DNA of 64,000 nucleotides from Squalus acanthias. Its lineage: Eukaryota. Numbering within the stretch: the stretch's first letter is position 1; each line of letters opens with the position of its first letter. The translations under genes were made by a program, and so were the position numbers. The notes under the pieces were generated by a model that was not told the DNA's origin, ran no database searches, and saw only the letters and a list, made by a program, of their open reading frames with translations. The stretch spans positions 8,184,001-8,248,000 of the forward strand of contig CM059427.1 of assembly GCA_030390025.1 (NCBI GenBank). Reading direction: 5' to 3'. This document shows, piece by piece, positions 63,443 to 64,000 of this stretch.

Positions 63443-64000
63443 ACAAAGAATTCAGGTTGCTTCTTTTTTTAAAAGTACTGTTAAGCTCATAAAAACCTGT
63501 TGGGGATAAAATCAACTCACCGCCACCTGTTTTTCTGGCATAAAATTGCTGTTAGACCTCCACCTGCTGCATCTGAACTATGCTGGTAGTGCGCTAGACA
63601 GCATATGGGTTCGGGTGACTTTTAGTCATCCAGGGTGCCTGCCCTAAATAGGCATTAGGCTCCTTAAATATGTAAATTGGGCTCCTATGCCAGATGTAGT
63701 GTGAAGGAATAAGCCATATAACCTATTCAGAAAAATACACCATTCTATGAAAGAATTCTGGCCTTATTAAAACATGACAAACTGGGTTTGGAAATCTAGA
63801 AACCTAACTATGAAAAAGCTGTGAAAGCATTCTGGCTATAGAGATAAGATAGTTGTTGACACTGAATCAATAACCTTATTGAAACAGAAGGTTAAAGGCT
63901 CCGGTAGTCTGAACCTTTCGGAATGAGACAATGGTTCACCCTGTACAAGGTGTTCTAATTCACACTTTGTAAAGAAGCACATAAAAGTAAGAAACATCTG

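Overview
Vertebrate genomic DNA dense in transposable elements. It is most likely from a cartilaginous fish (inference from the DeuSINE/CR1/Penelope/Harbinger repeat complement). I found no recognisable host protein-coding exon. Contents: (1) a 29-bp minisatellite split by a near-intact full-length CR1 LINE (2090-6657, - strand). (2) A 3278-bp tandem triplication (6392-17000) whose third copy alone carries a young CR1 insertion. (3) Three Harbinger/PIF transposons with decayed DDE transposase and intron-containing Myb/SANT genes, plus many Harbinger-type MITEs with 3-bp TSDs. (4) Several Penelope-like (GIY-YIG) retroelement 3' fragments with 7-14 bp TSDs, most carrying minimal hammerhead ribozyme motifs; one is a ~1.06-kb near-perfect palindrome. 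(5) Further decayed CR1s and SINEs. (6) Repeat-free, homeodomain-motif-rich blocks that look like conserved non-coding enhancers. I cannot support a wholly new gene system. The best candidates for undescribed biology are a Harbinger MITE that captured ~275 bp of flanking DNA from a donor site 33 kb away in this window, the fold-back Penelope palindrome, covarying hammerheads, and a MITE hairpin conserved in structure but not sequence. All coordinates were read by eye and may be off by a few bases.
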